Part shown: positions 33,514-46,426 of the stretch, in pieces | Layout: each line of letters begins with the position of its first letter | Numbering within the stretch: the stretch's first letter is position 1 | Origin: Pseudogymnoascus verrucosus | Lineage: Eukaryota | Length of the DNA stretch: 64,000 bases | NCBI GenBank assembly: GCA_001662655.1 | Contig: KV460246.1 | Direction: 5' to 3' (one strand) | The notes under the pieces: model-generated | Seen by the model: only the letters and a program-made list of their open reading frames with translations | Databases searched by the model: none | Told to the model about the DNA's origin: nothing | Made by a program: the position numbers and the translations under genes

Positions 33514-35788
33514 CTACTGTGTGTAGTCCCCAACCAAACCCGTCAACAATCTATCAATCCCATCCGACATGCTAATATCATTAATATCCGCCATCCACTG
33601 GACCAGGTCCCCTTGGTCCAGGCCATCCGAGGGTGCCAAAGACGCCGGCTCCACCCACCATTCATTGTTCTTATCCACCATCATAGTCCTTGTACGACTA
33701 GCAAGTGCTTCAAAGATATCCCGGTACGGCGCAGCGCCCTTCCACCGCTCAGCCATCACCACGAGAACAATTGTGCAGTCCGAACATGTACTGCTTAAGT
33801 TATCATGTCGGACTGCTTCGCGGACGGCAGGCGAGGTCCACAGGCAGTGTAGATATGTCAGTCCGGCCATGAATAGGCAGTGTAAAGCTCCCCAGGTATA
33901 ATTCACCGATCTGCCGATATATTGTCGTCTGAAGCCGTGACAGATGTTCTCGGCTGCGTGTAGGCATTCCATGAATACGTTATCTGCAGCGCCTTTACTG
34001 TCCATTAGTTGACTCCTGTAGAGGAGGAGAATAGAATAGTTGTAATTGTTATCAAACCAGTCTCGGCTCGCGAATATTGATAGCGCATCACCAACCCGAG
34101 GTGGTATAGGGGGGGCGGATGCAAGCCAGTCTTCTAGCTCAGCGCGGAGTTTCTCGGTACAGGTATCGGAAGGATCGGTGGGACTGGTGCGTGTGGTGTC
34201 AGAGTAGAGATAGGTGTGGATACGAGCCCACAGGCATCGAAGACGTATAACATGAATTGCGACAGACATCGTTGTTGGTGGGTCGCTAGATGAGCGACGG
34301 GGTATCCCACAAATCCCGGCGCTGGTGATATCTACATCATTGATATCCGTGGGAAACTGTGTTAAAATTGATTAGATGAGAGTTCCAACTAATTTGGGTT
34401 CGTTTTCTAAGTACCTCCGCGTCGACCTCTTGGAGAGGCACACCTAATGGCCGTCCAAGTGAAGTGGCGGCAGCACAATCTATCCCATACGCACACCAAA
34501 ATACCCTCTTTCGAAGCTCAAGGCGGAGCGGGTCAGAAGTGGATGAGAACTTTTTTGAGTTACGATGGTAGCCGAGCTCGATGCACTGTCGTAGTGCGAG
34601 TCCTGATAGTTTCCTATTTCTATATCAGTGAAGCTCTGATTAAATCAAGCGTGGTGGGAGCTATTTACCAAATCGATGGGCCTGCAGGAGATCGGAGTGA
34701 ATACATTGCACAACATAGTATTGCTTGAATAGATTCTAGATTATCAAGTGACATCACATGGCTAATGTAGATCTGTGCAGAGGCATATAGTTGCTAATAG
34801 CATGTAAGCATAGTTGTCAATAACGGTGCAGGTGACTAGTAGGACTAACCTGTGGTAAGGAACCAGAGTTTGGCAAGAGCAGAGCGCTAATGGCATAAAC
34901 CTATAATATTTAAATATGAGTTTGCAGGTATTGAGTTCCTAACTTACCATATTCACAAAGAACAAAGAAATAGGGTCAAAGCTGAACGCATCCGTAGCTT
35001 CGGGTTCCCCAATCAGTTTCATCTCCCAATGTCTAAACGTCGGCTCATGCAAGAATGGATACTGAGGGTGAATATTCTGGAAGTAAGCATTGCTAAGCGC
35101 GATGCCGGCTTCATAGCTTGGCAAAGGACATGGGGAAAGCAGATCCATAGGACCTTCAGAAAGACCAAATGTAGTGGGGGGGTTGCCAGAAGCGCCTTCT
35201 CGAAGGGACGAGTTGATTATACGCGAAAAGGCAAAGGTAGATGATGAGCCTAGGTACTGCGGTTCTGCTCCTGCGGCGTAGTGCAAGTTTAGCATCCCAA
35301 CCTTGGAAGCTAAATCGCTTACTGCGTTGTCTTCCTCCTTCGATTTGAAACCAGTTGGTCGGCTGTCATCCTCGCTGGTTATCTGAGCCCTCATGGAAGC
35401 ACCTTGCTGCATCTGCTGAAGGAGGCCCTCGAGGAGAGCAACGCGGTCTTCTAAAGTGTCCGTATAATTTCGTGGCTGGTGCCGCTTCGTTGACGGATCT
35501 TCTACGAGGCATGCTAGAGTACATAATGAGCGACAACATGTGAGTGGTATAGAAACTAAGTCTCACTTAGACCATGTTTGTCACAATTGGCACATGCTGG
35601 CACCTGTGCATCGCACTGCACCAATCAATCAGCCGAATTCTCTTCAACTTGTCAATCCTAGCCATGATTCCCCTTACCTTGAGTTTTCTTTCCTTACAGT
35701 TAATACAAGCGACTTGTATTCTGCTCCCAGGTACGCGTGAGCGTGGGGCGCCTTCAGATGTCCGCTTCTTGCGGCTGTTTTGCTGCAT
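33514..35788 (-). CDS. Zn(II)2Cys6 transcription factor (Ppr1/UaY-like architecture), multi-intron
   Basis: ACINCKERKLK|CDAQVPACANCDKHG cluster; YLGSSS; HPQYPFLHEP; RVFWCAYGIDCAAATSLGRPLG. Confidence 0.85.
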
Positions 35789-36359
35789 GGTAACCCTTAA
35801 AGCCAAGAATCTAATTGAAGCGACTCATTAAATGTAGTGGGGAGGTTAAGGACTTTATATAGAGAATTAGACTGCCAATGTCATCCTGTTGATAGGCTAT
35901 CGCCCCCCCATTTTCTTATCATTTGCGGGGTGTCCCATTCGTAGATGGCCCTAAACGCGGGGTACCCCAGTCGGAGATGGCCCCGAAGTAGTTTCAACCT
36001 CGGGCGCATCAGGTAGTTAACATTCATCTCACACTTAATCAGCACCTATATTAAGAAAATCAAGAATTGTAAACAAGCTACCTCTACAATTGAATTAATA
36101 GTATGATTTTCGCCACACGAAACCCAGTATACAGGCCAGTTACACTAGAAATAGAATGGAGGTTTGCGAGTTCATCGGCTCTGTATATCGACAGCAATAT
36201 ATTTATTTCATTATCCTACGAGCTTTACTATTGTAGGCCGATCTAATTTAGACCCGGAGCTTGCTGTCTTCCACCATCTCGTTCTCTCTAATACTAGATC
36301 TCATAGTTAGCATGACAAACAGATCATGACCCTTCCCCCACCACCAGCAAAATATATCC

Positions 36360-38087
36360 TCACCTTGGCTTATCTAGGTTTCCCTCCCCGCCCTCATCAC
36401 TATCAATGCCCAGTGGCCGATTCAGCCTTCTAAATGCGTTGAACCACGGCCCCTTAAACAAGGCGTCAATTTCCTCCACACTCAGACCAGCGATCTCAGG
36501 GACCATCAGGTACGCATAGCATAGCGAGATGAAGCACCAGCAGGCGAAGAAAAGAAAAGCTCCCCAGTTGTCAGTCTTCGCAAGAAGTGATGGCAGGCCG
36601 TACTGGAAGCCATAGATGAATAGCCAGTGGAACGTCGCTCCTAGTGCGCCGCCGAAAGAGCGGATTCTATCGGGCCAAAGCTCTGCACCGAAGACGTAGG
36701 GGAGGATGAGGAGACCTTTGTGAGGAAGACATGATTAGCAAGAACGCTAGGAAATTAGGAAGTGGTTGTCTCAGGCTTACCGACCGCATACCCAAATGCG
36801 TGTATGAAGATGGCCGCGATGGCCGCCTCTGACGAAGCAAAGTTGGCAGCGTTCTGTTGTTTGAACTTGATGTACACCCCAATATAAATGTCCGATATCA
36901 TTTGCAAGGTGATTCCTACAAACAGTGATTTCCGCCGGCCCAAGGCATCGATGAAGAAGAAAGAAGCAATCAGACAGAAAAAGAGCTTCGACATTGCGTA
37001 CATGCCGCTGAGAAACAAACTCCGTTTGGTATCGCCGCCTAAACCCATAATACTCAGGATTGGCACGAAGTAGGAGGTGATCGAATTTGCACCAGATAGC
37101 TGCGCGAGCGCATATGAGACGAGGACTTGCTGCAGACGGCGCAAGTTGGACCTCCTTGTGAATGTCTCCTTGACGATATCAATGAACCTTGGAGGTCCAT
37201 CTTCCTCGGAGCCACCCCTCGATTTATTGATGGAATCTTCAATACTTCTAATTTCCATCGCCACGCGAGGATGGTCAGAAGGCAAGCCACGGAGTTTGAC
37301 CAGGGTTCGGATGCCCTCCTCGCGCAGACCAACTAGGAAGAGCCATCTGGGTGATTCGCAAAGAAAGAAGCTCGCGATGATGAGCAGTAGCATAAATATG
37401 CACGGTGCGAAGAACACAGTCTGATACTGTAGTCTGCTCACGGGGATATGGGAGTAGGCTCCATAGACGCAGAAGACTGAAACGAACAGCGACAGGCCCA
37501 TGGCGACACTGAACCACGCACTGAGGAGACCGCGGATTTCCATTGGTGCAATTTCCACAATTGCCATAGGTCCGATGACCGTGAGAGCTCCGATGCCCAT
37601 CCCGGAGATAATTCGAGATGCATGTAGACCTGACAGCCCAGGGGAAAAACAGGCGACGAGTTGCCCAATAGTCCAGATCACGATATAGAGGCGGTAGGAC
37701 CATAACCGACCGATGCGGTCGTTAATGAAGAATGATAAAGCTGCACCCATAGCATAACCAATGTACACGAGGGAGACAAAGTTCTTGATTTGCTTTGCGT
37801 TTGCCCCGGAGCTAATGTGGAATTGCTGTTGGAATCCAGGCAAAGAGGGGATGACGGACGCCGAACCTTGGTCCCAGGCTTTCAAGGGGTTGTTAGCAAA
37901 TTCTCTATTTGCAAATATCCCGTAGATTGAGAATATAGTGATGCTTACTCGCAGGAATAGCAGACATAGCAAAAAGGATCGCAGAAAGGATCACATTGCG
38001 ATTAAAGATCACCTCTCGGGGCGCACTTCGAATTGCTTTTCCATAATTTGCCAGAGGCGATCGGAGGAAAACTTCTTTGACGCCCAT
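36360..38087 (-). CDS. MFS sugar porter (quinate permease-like), 3 exons
   Basis: DRIGR, EIAPMEIRG, CESPRWL, AQLSGANSITSY, DALGRR, AELWPDRIR, VPEIAG. The 3' end is approximate. Confidence 0.88.
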
Positions 38088-38518
38088 CTTTGCGTTTTGA
38101 GCCTTTGTACAAATTGTCGTCACATGGTAGGGATTCCATGGTATTTATCTCCGAGGACGCATCCTCATCTGGAAACTGATTGAAGTTGCTCGGAATCTCC
38201 CTTGGACTTTTTGAGAGCTATTCCCCGCGTGAGCACGGGTCACCAAGCTAGTAGGCGGGATTTCAACGTCGCTACTCGGATTCTTCCGAGTCAGCCAATC
38301 AGTCGAATGACCCCATTCGGCCTGCTCCCTAGTTTCTTAGCTAGACCCATGATTCTTTGTTAGCTACCTCTCGTTTCTCGGGATCCTACGAGAAGATTGG
38401 CATCTAAGAAAGATGCGACTCAGGGCAGCATTGCTATTATAATAGTAATGCTGCTCCTAGCCAAACTTCAACAACCTTTGGCTCTCTCAATCTTTTCTAA
38501 CTTCTCGGTTGTTTCAAA

Positions 38519-40647
38519 ATGGTATCCTCCGATTCCAAAATCATCATCGTCGGCGCTGGAGTGTTTGGGCTAAGCACCGCCCTATGGCTCGCCCGCGATG
38601 GTTACAAGGACATCACCGTTTTCGATCGCTGTTCTTTCGATAAGAATTTCTACAACCCTTCAAATGGCTGTGACGGAGCTTCCGCAGACATCAACAAAGT
38701 CTTTCGAATGGCATATGGAGAGAAACTAGAGTAAGAACTTTAGCTCCCTAAACCATTCCTATAATTCGAGCTACTACTAAAACCGACTCTGTTCTTAGCT
38801 ACCAGAATCTCGCCATCGAGGCAAGAGATACATGGCTCTCCTGGAACAAGGAGATAGCAGAAAGCGTTGCTGCTGATCTTCCTCCCGGTCTCACTCCCGA
38901 GGATAAACTCCTTCATATCTGTGGATGTTATTTTGTTGCCGAAGGCAGGAAGTTGCACGATTTCTATGCGGAGAGTTTGGATACGATGGAGAAGACGGCG
39001 CCGGAGATGCGGAAGATGCAATTCGTCAAGGTATTGAACTCTGATGGGTCGACCGCATTAGATACTCCAGCTAATCATTCACACCTATAGGGACACGAAG
39101 AGGATAAAGAGGCCCTACGCAGAATAAGCCGGAAGTGGGTCGAAAAGTACCACGTTATCGATGGGATCAATGGCGGCGACACAAATGGATTCATCGATAT
39201 CAATGGTGGAATCACTATCGCCGACAAGGTAACTGACCTAGAGACCCCCCCCTTGAAATGTGCTAACAAATGGAATCATTTAAGGCCTGTGTCTACGCAC
39301 GATTTCTATGCGTCCAAGCCGGCGTCAAGTTTATTCTCGGCGACCCCCAGGGCAAGCTTGAGACTCTGATTACCGCGCACAATGGTCCGGAAAGGAAGGT
39401 GGCTGGGATTAAAACGTGTGATGGCCAGACTCACTCTGGTGATCTTGTGATAGTTGCTGGTACCACTCTCTCTCTCTCCCGTCGATTACGGCCTCCGTTT
39501 AATAATGCTAATGCCTGTCTGCAGCTGGCAGCTGGACAGCCTCAATCATTCCGGAGGCGCATCGAGTTGTAGAGGCCACGGCCGGCACTGTCGCGTTTAT
39601 CGACATCCCACGGGATCGGCAGGATCTGTGGGATAGATTCCATCCCGATAATTATCCCGTCTGGTCTTATAGAAGGGGGGAAGGTGATGAGTGAGTTTCT
39701 CCTCCTCAGAAGAAGTAGGTCGCGTGCTAATGAACGTTCGTTCAGGTACTACCAAGGAGGGAGCTTTCCCATCACCAAAGAAGGGCGACTGAAATTTGGC
39801 TTCCGCGGGCGCAAGGTAAGTCGATTGGTGGGTTGTTCTGCTGCTGAACAGGAGGAGGTGCTGATTACTTGCGGCGGCGCAGTTCACCAATTTCCAAGAC
39901 CATCCTACTGAACCAAATCTCCGCATCTCGACTCCGAGAACGAAGTACACGAAGGAGCCTATAAACACCGTGCCGCTCTATGGCCTTAAGCTCATGAAAG
40001 AGATTATAGCCCAAGCTTTGCCTGAGTTGGTGGAATTTGGATTTACTGATAGCAGAGTACGTATACCTATCCCTCAAAGCTGCCTTAGGATGAACTGACA
40101 TCCTATAGTTATGTTGGTACACAGATAGCATCGACAATGATGTAAGTAAATGCTACACTTCAGTATCAAACATATTACTTACGTTTTAGTATGTCATCGA
40201 CTATGTCCCCGGCTACTCAGACTCTCTTTTCATCTGCACAGGAGGATCGTAAGTGCTTCCCCCCGCCCTCCTCGACTAAGACTACCATCTAATATACTCC
40301 CACAGCGGCCACGGCTTCAAATTTCTCCCCGTGCTCGGCAGAGTAAGTTGGCCTGTCTCTATAACGGCAGTTTATAAGGGCTAATGCGGGTCGTTGGGTC
40401 TCTAGCACGTCAAAGCCCAAATTGAACGCAACCCGGATAACTTCACGTCGTTGTGGAAGTGGCGTGTTGTCGAGGAAGGGAAATCGAACAACGGGCTGGA
40501 GCAAGGAGAGACGGGTCCGAGAGAGATGTCCAGGCTTGAAATGGCTGAGCGTGCGTCCCCAATCCTCATATAAGATAACGAGTACTGATAGATCCTTTTT
40601 CTTCAGCTGAAGATTTCAAGATCAAACAGGCGGGTTCTAAACTGTAG
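38519..40647 (+). CDS. FAD-dependent fructosyl-amino-acid/sarcosine/pipecolate oxidase family protein, ~11 introns, PTS1 (SKL)
   Basis: IIIVGAGVFGLSTA, SADINKVFR, LCWYTDS (flavinylation Cys region), TGGSGHGFKFLPVLG. Last exon encodes EDFKIKQAGSKL*. Confidence 0.87.
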
Positions 40648-41851
40648 GAGGTGGACATCAATGTAGTTCTTAACATATTACAATAGAGCATATCAACCTA
40701 ATCCTTTGCCGCAACAATTATCGACCCCCCCCGCAAAAGAGCCGTGTTGGGTCGAATGGAAACAAACCGCTCGCAGGCCATGGCGCGGAGATATTTCCCT
40801 CCATGAACGCTCTTTCGCTTCCAGAACTGCTTACAGATGTGAAATTCTCCCTACCACTGTAATAGTAACTCATCTAGTCATTCCGCTTCATCACGATCTG
40901 CAAGAAGTTCAAATGAACGATTTTCGCCATCCCACCCACCTTCAAATCTAGACCTCTCCACGTCAACGCACTTACCATGCGCCCTATGAACGAATTTTCC
41001 CTCTACCGCACGCAACCCACAAAAAAACCACTTGTCACCAAAAAGAAGCCTCGAATCAGATCCGCGGACGGCAGATCACCATGGTGAGACATCATCCCCA
41101 CTGTGATGAGGATATCGCATCACATCTGCATCTTCGGTTCCTGTCCAATGTGCGGGTGCCGAAGTCGCCGAATCCACCACCCCACTGATGTGTACTGTGA
41201 AATACTTCCTGTAGGTCACTGCAGAGTGTGTGTACTGTAGGCCCGCAAGGGCGTGGACGTGGACAGCTGAGAGAGGTTCGTTTCATGGATATTAGTGTGT
41301 GGAGTCCGTGCTATGCCGTGTCGTGCCTCCGTGGTGGTTTTATGAAACGGGAGGGGCGTGGAAAATGGGTAGGGGTTAGGGGAGAAGGGACGTCGCTGCT
41401 GTCACTGGTTGCTTGGGTCAGTATGCGGCGGCACGGCTGAGTGGTTAAATTGCGAATCTGGGAGGAAGCAAGCATTGTTATGAGTTTAATGGGAGTTTAA
41501 TAGAAGCTGTAAAAGCGGATAGGAGATTGAGTGATTGTGAAGCTGAAGTTGATGTTGATGGTGATGTTGATGTTGATGGGGTCGCTTAGATTACAGTGCT
41601 GAGGGGGCGGAGTCTGTTGGTTTTGTGTGTGGGAGGGAGATAAGAGACTCGTTTCCCACATCCATATCCACAGTCCAGAACACATAAACCTGTATTTACA
41701 ATACATGCTGTATGCAAAGTAAACAACGCATTCCAACTCCACCACGTACGTGTTCTAGAAATTACTGGTAGAGCACACAGTATGAGCACAGCATGAGTAC
41801 AGCACACTCTGCACATTCTCCGCTCCATTTTCCACACTGGACTCGGTACCA

Positions 41852-41919
41852 CCCCCTCTAAATCATCTCCCCCTCTAAATCATCTCCCCCTCTAAATCAT
41901 CTCCCCCTCTAAATCATCT
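41852..41919 (+). repeat. 17-bp minisatellite x4 (CCCCCTCTAAATCATCT)
   Basis: Four perfect adjacent copies. Confidence 0.95.
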
Positions 41920-42942
41920 CCCTCTGATGATGTCTTCACCCTCAAATGATCTACCTCTCCCCATCCCTCCCTATCCCCCGGCACATCCGGCCCCTGACGC
42001 ACAAGCATCGCTCATAAACGCCACTACCACCCCTCAAACAAGCCAAGCGAAGGAAATGTTTCGCGACCCCTGCTGATGCCGCAGTAGCGCGCATCTAGCG
42101 AGTGCCGATCACCGATCCGCGACAGGCGGCGAAACACCCTAAGCCGCTCATCGCGCCAATGACAGCGCGCGGTCGGCGTGTACCTGGTTTGGCGTACACA
42201 TCCTTAATTGAAGTTCGAGGCCCAGTCAACGAAGCAGACTCCGCAGGGCGGTGAGTTCTGGAATGTGTATGGTCGGTGAGGGTCCCGTCAAGATGTCTAG
42301 GCCATCCCATCTTTTTTGCCCCTGTTCTGCTGCCCTGCTCTGCTGCCCTGGATTTTCAGGGCTTCCTGGTTTTCTTGCTCGGCGACATGCGTGGCTATGC
42401 CCCTCCTGTTGTTGCTGTTGTTGTTGGAGTTACCTCCTGTTCTTTAATCTCCATGGGAGAGGAGTGAACAATTCTCGAGTACCGACAACCTGGACGAGTG
42501 TCCAGGCCCTCTCAGCTACTCCAGCAAGCTACCCCCACCCCCCCAGTAACTCCCAGATCGCAATTCACTAGGGTAATTTGCTTACTTCCTTTTACTCCCC
42601 TTCCATACCTTTCGCCTTCTCTTCTTCTTCTCCTCCATCATCAAGATATTTTTGACATCTTCTTGGTTACTTCACACTCTTTTCTTGCACAGTCCCTTCA
42701 GCCTGGTTGCTTTCTTCTTCCAACTTCTCTCCATTCCTTCGAGAAATCAGACCCAGCGAAATCGACTTTCGCTCCTTTTTCCCCAGACCAACCAAGCACA
42801 TTTCGAACTCGATATCGCTATCCAGTCGACCACCACAGCCTTCTCATCAGAAGATCGATACACAGAGCATTGACTGCTCTCTCGTTTCAGGCAGGCCCTC
42901 ACCACACAAGAAATTTCTTCAAGACAATCCACCAGATTCAAG

Positions 42943-44114
42943 ATGCAGTTCTCCACACTCGCCGTCGTTCTCTTCGCCGGCTTGGCAACTGCCCGCAGCC
43001 ACGGACACGCCCAGCGCTTTCAGCACCGCCGTGCCTTCAACGAGTCCTCTTCCGCCGTTGACCTGACCACCCTGACCGTCCAGATCACCTCCACCCATAC
43101 CGTTATCGGCTGTGCCCAGAACGTCACCGACTGCCCTGCCCGCAGTGCCACCGCTATCCGTACCGTCACCGAGGTCGTTGACTTGACCACCACCGTCTGC
43201 CCCGTTGCATCGGCCTCTGATATCTCCAGCAGCGTCATTGCCTCTGCCTCTGCCGTCCAGACCCAGGGTGCCGTTGTCTCTACCGAGGCTAATGAGCCTG
43301 TCCAGACCAGCGACAGCGTCCTGACCTACACCCTTGGCACCGGAGCTACCCAGTCCGTCGTCACTACCACCATCAAGCACACCATTACTGGTTATGTCGT
43401 ATGTCACTCTTCTTTAACACTTCACCTCTTTGCTATATTCGTCTTCCATCAGTACAGTCACAATCTAACCTCTCCCAGACCAAGACTATGACCAAGAGCG
43501 GCGGTGCCAAGGCCACACCTGTCGTAGGCGGTGGCCAGGCCAACGTTGGTGGAAACGACAAGGGAACTAACAACGGCAGCGGAAGCGGAGCCGGCAATGG
43601 CAACGGTAACTCCGGTGAGCCAACGACCACCGTCCGCACCACCACCACAGCCACCCGCACCATCCATGTCAAGCCAACTGCGTCCGCCGGCTCAGGAACT
43701 GGTTCGTCCAACGGCGAGGGCAGCAATGCAGGAAACGGAGGTGACTGCGCCGCACCAGTTACCGTCACCGTCGCCCTCTCGACCGTCACCGTGACCTACA
43801 CCCCTCCCGCAGCAACAGGCACTACCCCATCTGTTCCAAATGCCGTTGTTCCCGGAAAGGACGCTGTCAAGACCAACGTCGCCGTCGCAACTGAGGCTGC
43901 CCCCGAGGCACCAGCTACCACTGCTGAGCCTACCAACGGAGGAGCTGCCGAGGAGCCAGTTACCATTGTCACTATCCCAGTGATCCCAATCCCATACAAG
44001 AACTCCACTGAGACCGCGACGAGGCACTACTCCCACTCTTCCGGCTTCCTGAAGGCCCCAAGGCCAACTGGAACTGGAAGCAGCATCCAGCCTGCCCGTA
44101 CCGGCTGGTTCTAA
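42943..44114 (+). CDS. Secreted Ser/Thr/Gly-rich cell-wall-type protein (2 exons)
   Basis: Signal peptide; THTVIGCAQNVTDCPA..TEVVDLTTTVCPV module; intron 43399..43478; T/V-rich tail. Confidence 0.82.
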
Positions 44115-44685
44115 ATGGATGAACGTCGAGATTGTCGCCACTAGGCGTTCAAGCATGGTTTAGCATGTTGCAGACACTTTTCTGCCTTACTTCTGAGCGA
44201 CGAACAACAGCATGCACAGCATACCTTCAATTCACTTCTTTGTAACACTTTCGGTATTTTCTGACTGTGTCTTTTACTTCCATTTACCTTTTTATAGACA
44301 GTTTTATTCTTGGAAAAGGAGGGTTTGAGTCATCCGGCCGGGATATGAATAGAACGCAATTGTACCATGTATACACAGAAATGAAGACAATGAACACCCT
44401 ACCTGTGCACCTTCCATCTCTTAGTAATACCGTATTTCCATAATATCTCGATCGTAACTTCCTTAACTTCCCATCGTACCTTCCTGTCTCAGAACGCGCT
44501 AACCGAGGGGTAATGCTTGGCGTGCTGGTGGGGTTCTCAAGGATGAACCTCCAAATCCCAAAAGGTTCACCAACCACCGTTCCGATAAGCCACTTCCCGC
44601 ACTTCTATCACGCTCAAATTACACCGCAAAAGCTGCAATACTCGACTCAATAACAGATCCCATTCCAGATATACGATAAAGCGCA

Positions 44686-45743
44686 ATGTCGCACTCTCAC
44701 TCTCACGAAGGCGCTGGTGCTGGGCACTCCCACGATCCCGTCCAGGCGGCTCTGGATCACGGACACACGCACGAGATCCTTGATGGTCCAGGAAGCTATA
44801 TGGGAAGGGAGATGCCGATTATTGAGGGCAGAAACTGGGAGGAGAGAGCCTATACTGTTGGGATTGGAGGGTATGTTTCTCTATCTGTCTTTGGTGGCTT
44901 AGGGTGAGAGATACCCGAAAGAGATAAGGACTGTATGACACGGCTGGGAAGCTTTCCAAACCAACTCTCATAGTGTGAGAGTTGTCCGTCATGCTACTCA
45001 CCCATCGGCCTCTCCTGTCAAAGCGCCTCGGCCCATACTCCCACTATCCCCCCTCTCCCAATCCAAACTCCAACAATGACGTAACCGCTAACCTCTCCAT
45101 CCCCAGCCCCGTCGGCTCCGGCAAAACCGCCCTCATGCTGGCCCTCTGCCTCGCCCTGCGCGAGAAATACAACCTCGCCGCCGTAACCAACGACATCTTC
45201 ACGCGCGAAGACGCCGAGTTTCTGACCTCCCAAAAAGCCCTCCCCGCCTCGCGCATCCGCGCCATCGAGACAGGCGGGTGCCCTCACGCCGCCGTGCGCG
45301 AGGACATCAGCGCCAACCTCGCCGCACTGGAGGATCTACAGCGGGAATTCCATGCGGACATCCTGCTGATTGAGTCCGGCGGTGATAATCTTGCTGCGAA
45401 CTACAGTAGGGAGTTGGCGGATTTCATCGTCTACGTCATTGATGTGAGTGGCGGGGATAAGATCCCGCGGAAAGGAGGGCCGGGGATCACGCAGAGCGAT
45501 CTGTTGGTGGTGAATAAGACAGATTTGGCGGAGATTATTGGGGCGGATCTGGATGTTATGGAGAGAGATGCGAGGAAGATGAGGGAGGGTGGTCCGACTA
45601 TCTTTGCGCAGGTGAAGGGGGGGAAGGGGGTCGATCATATTGTTAACCTCATACTCAGTGGGTGGAAGGCTAGTGGTGCTGAGGCGGTCAGTCGTGCGAG
45701 AGGTGGCCCGGTGGCGACGGCGGATTTGGCAAAGTTGGCTTAA
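44686..45743 (+). CDS. ureG: Urease accessory GTPase UreG
   Basis: His-rich N-terminus; IGIGG|PVGSGKT split by an intron (~44871..45105); ETGGCPH, ESGGDNL, NKTD. Confidence 0.96.
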
Positions 45744-46426
45744 GGGGTGGGGAGATGGATTGTCGGATGAGTGTCGACGTCAGATTGCCACGAATTGATG
45801 ATGCGTGCGACAGGCGATGGAACAGCTTATATTGTCAACTCGCACTAGCTATTATCCAACCACTTATATAACTACAGTAGCTTAGATTATTGCCTATATA
45901 CTACTCAACCATAGTCTATTTTACTATGCCCTAAAATGTCATGCGTGCTATATATCGTAACACTCCTATTTTCAGCATCATCGCGGGCCTAGCCGCAGCC
46001 ATAACCCGCGGTCCCGAGCCTCCCACACGCGCTATCTATCTAAGTTATCATGCCATGGGCATTATGAACCCTTCATAGTCTGAAGATTATCTAAACGCTA
46101 GGCTGTTAAACCACAGGCCTATGATTTCAGCAGCACCCGACATATTGCTAAAAAGCAGTCGAACACCGCGTAGCCATGGCTCGATATTACCATAACAACA
46201 TCCAACTTACCTAGTGCTCCCACCTCGAGAAACTCTATGACGAATGTAACAAACGCATTTAAAAGCCTCCCTCTTCCCACTCCCCCTTCCTTCCCCTTTA
46301 CTTCTCGCACCCCAATATTCCCAGATCCAGTTCCCTACACACCGCACCACACACAACAAACCAGCACCATACACAAAACCAGCAACCCACCCAACCACCC
46401 AAAACCACCCACCACCAACTGCAAAA

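Noticed and set aside
41540..41580. GTTGAT hexamer run
   Set aside because: Ordinary imperfect microsatellite.
43740..44010. EEPVT-IVT-IP and VTVTV similarity between the cell-wall protein and the AA9 tail
   Set aside because: Both are low-complexity T/V/P-rich linkers; convergence is sufficient explanation.
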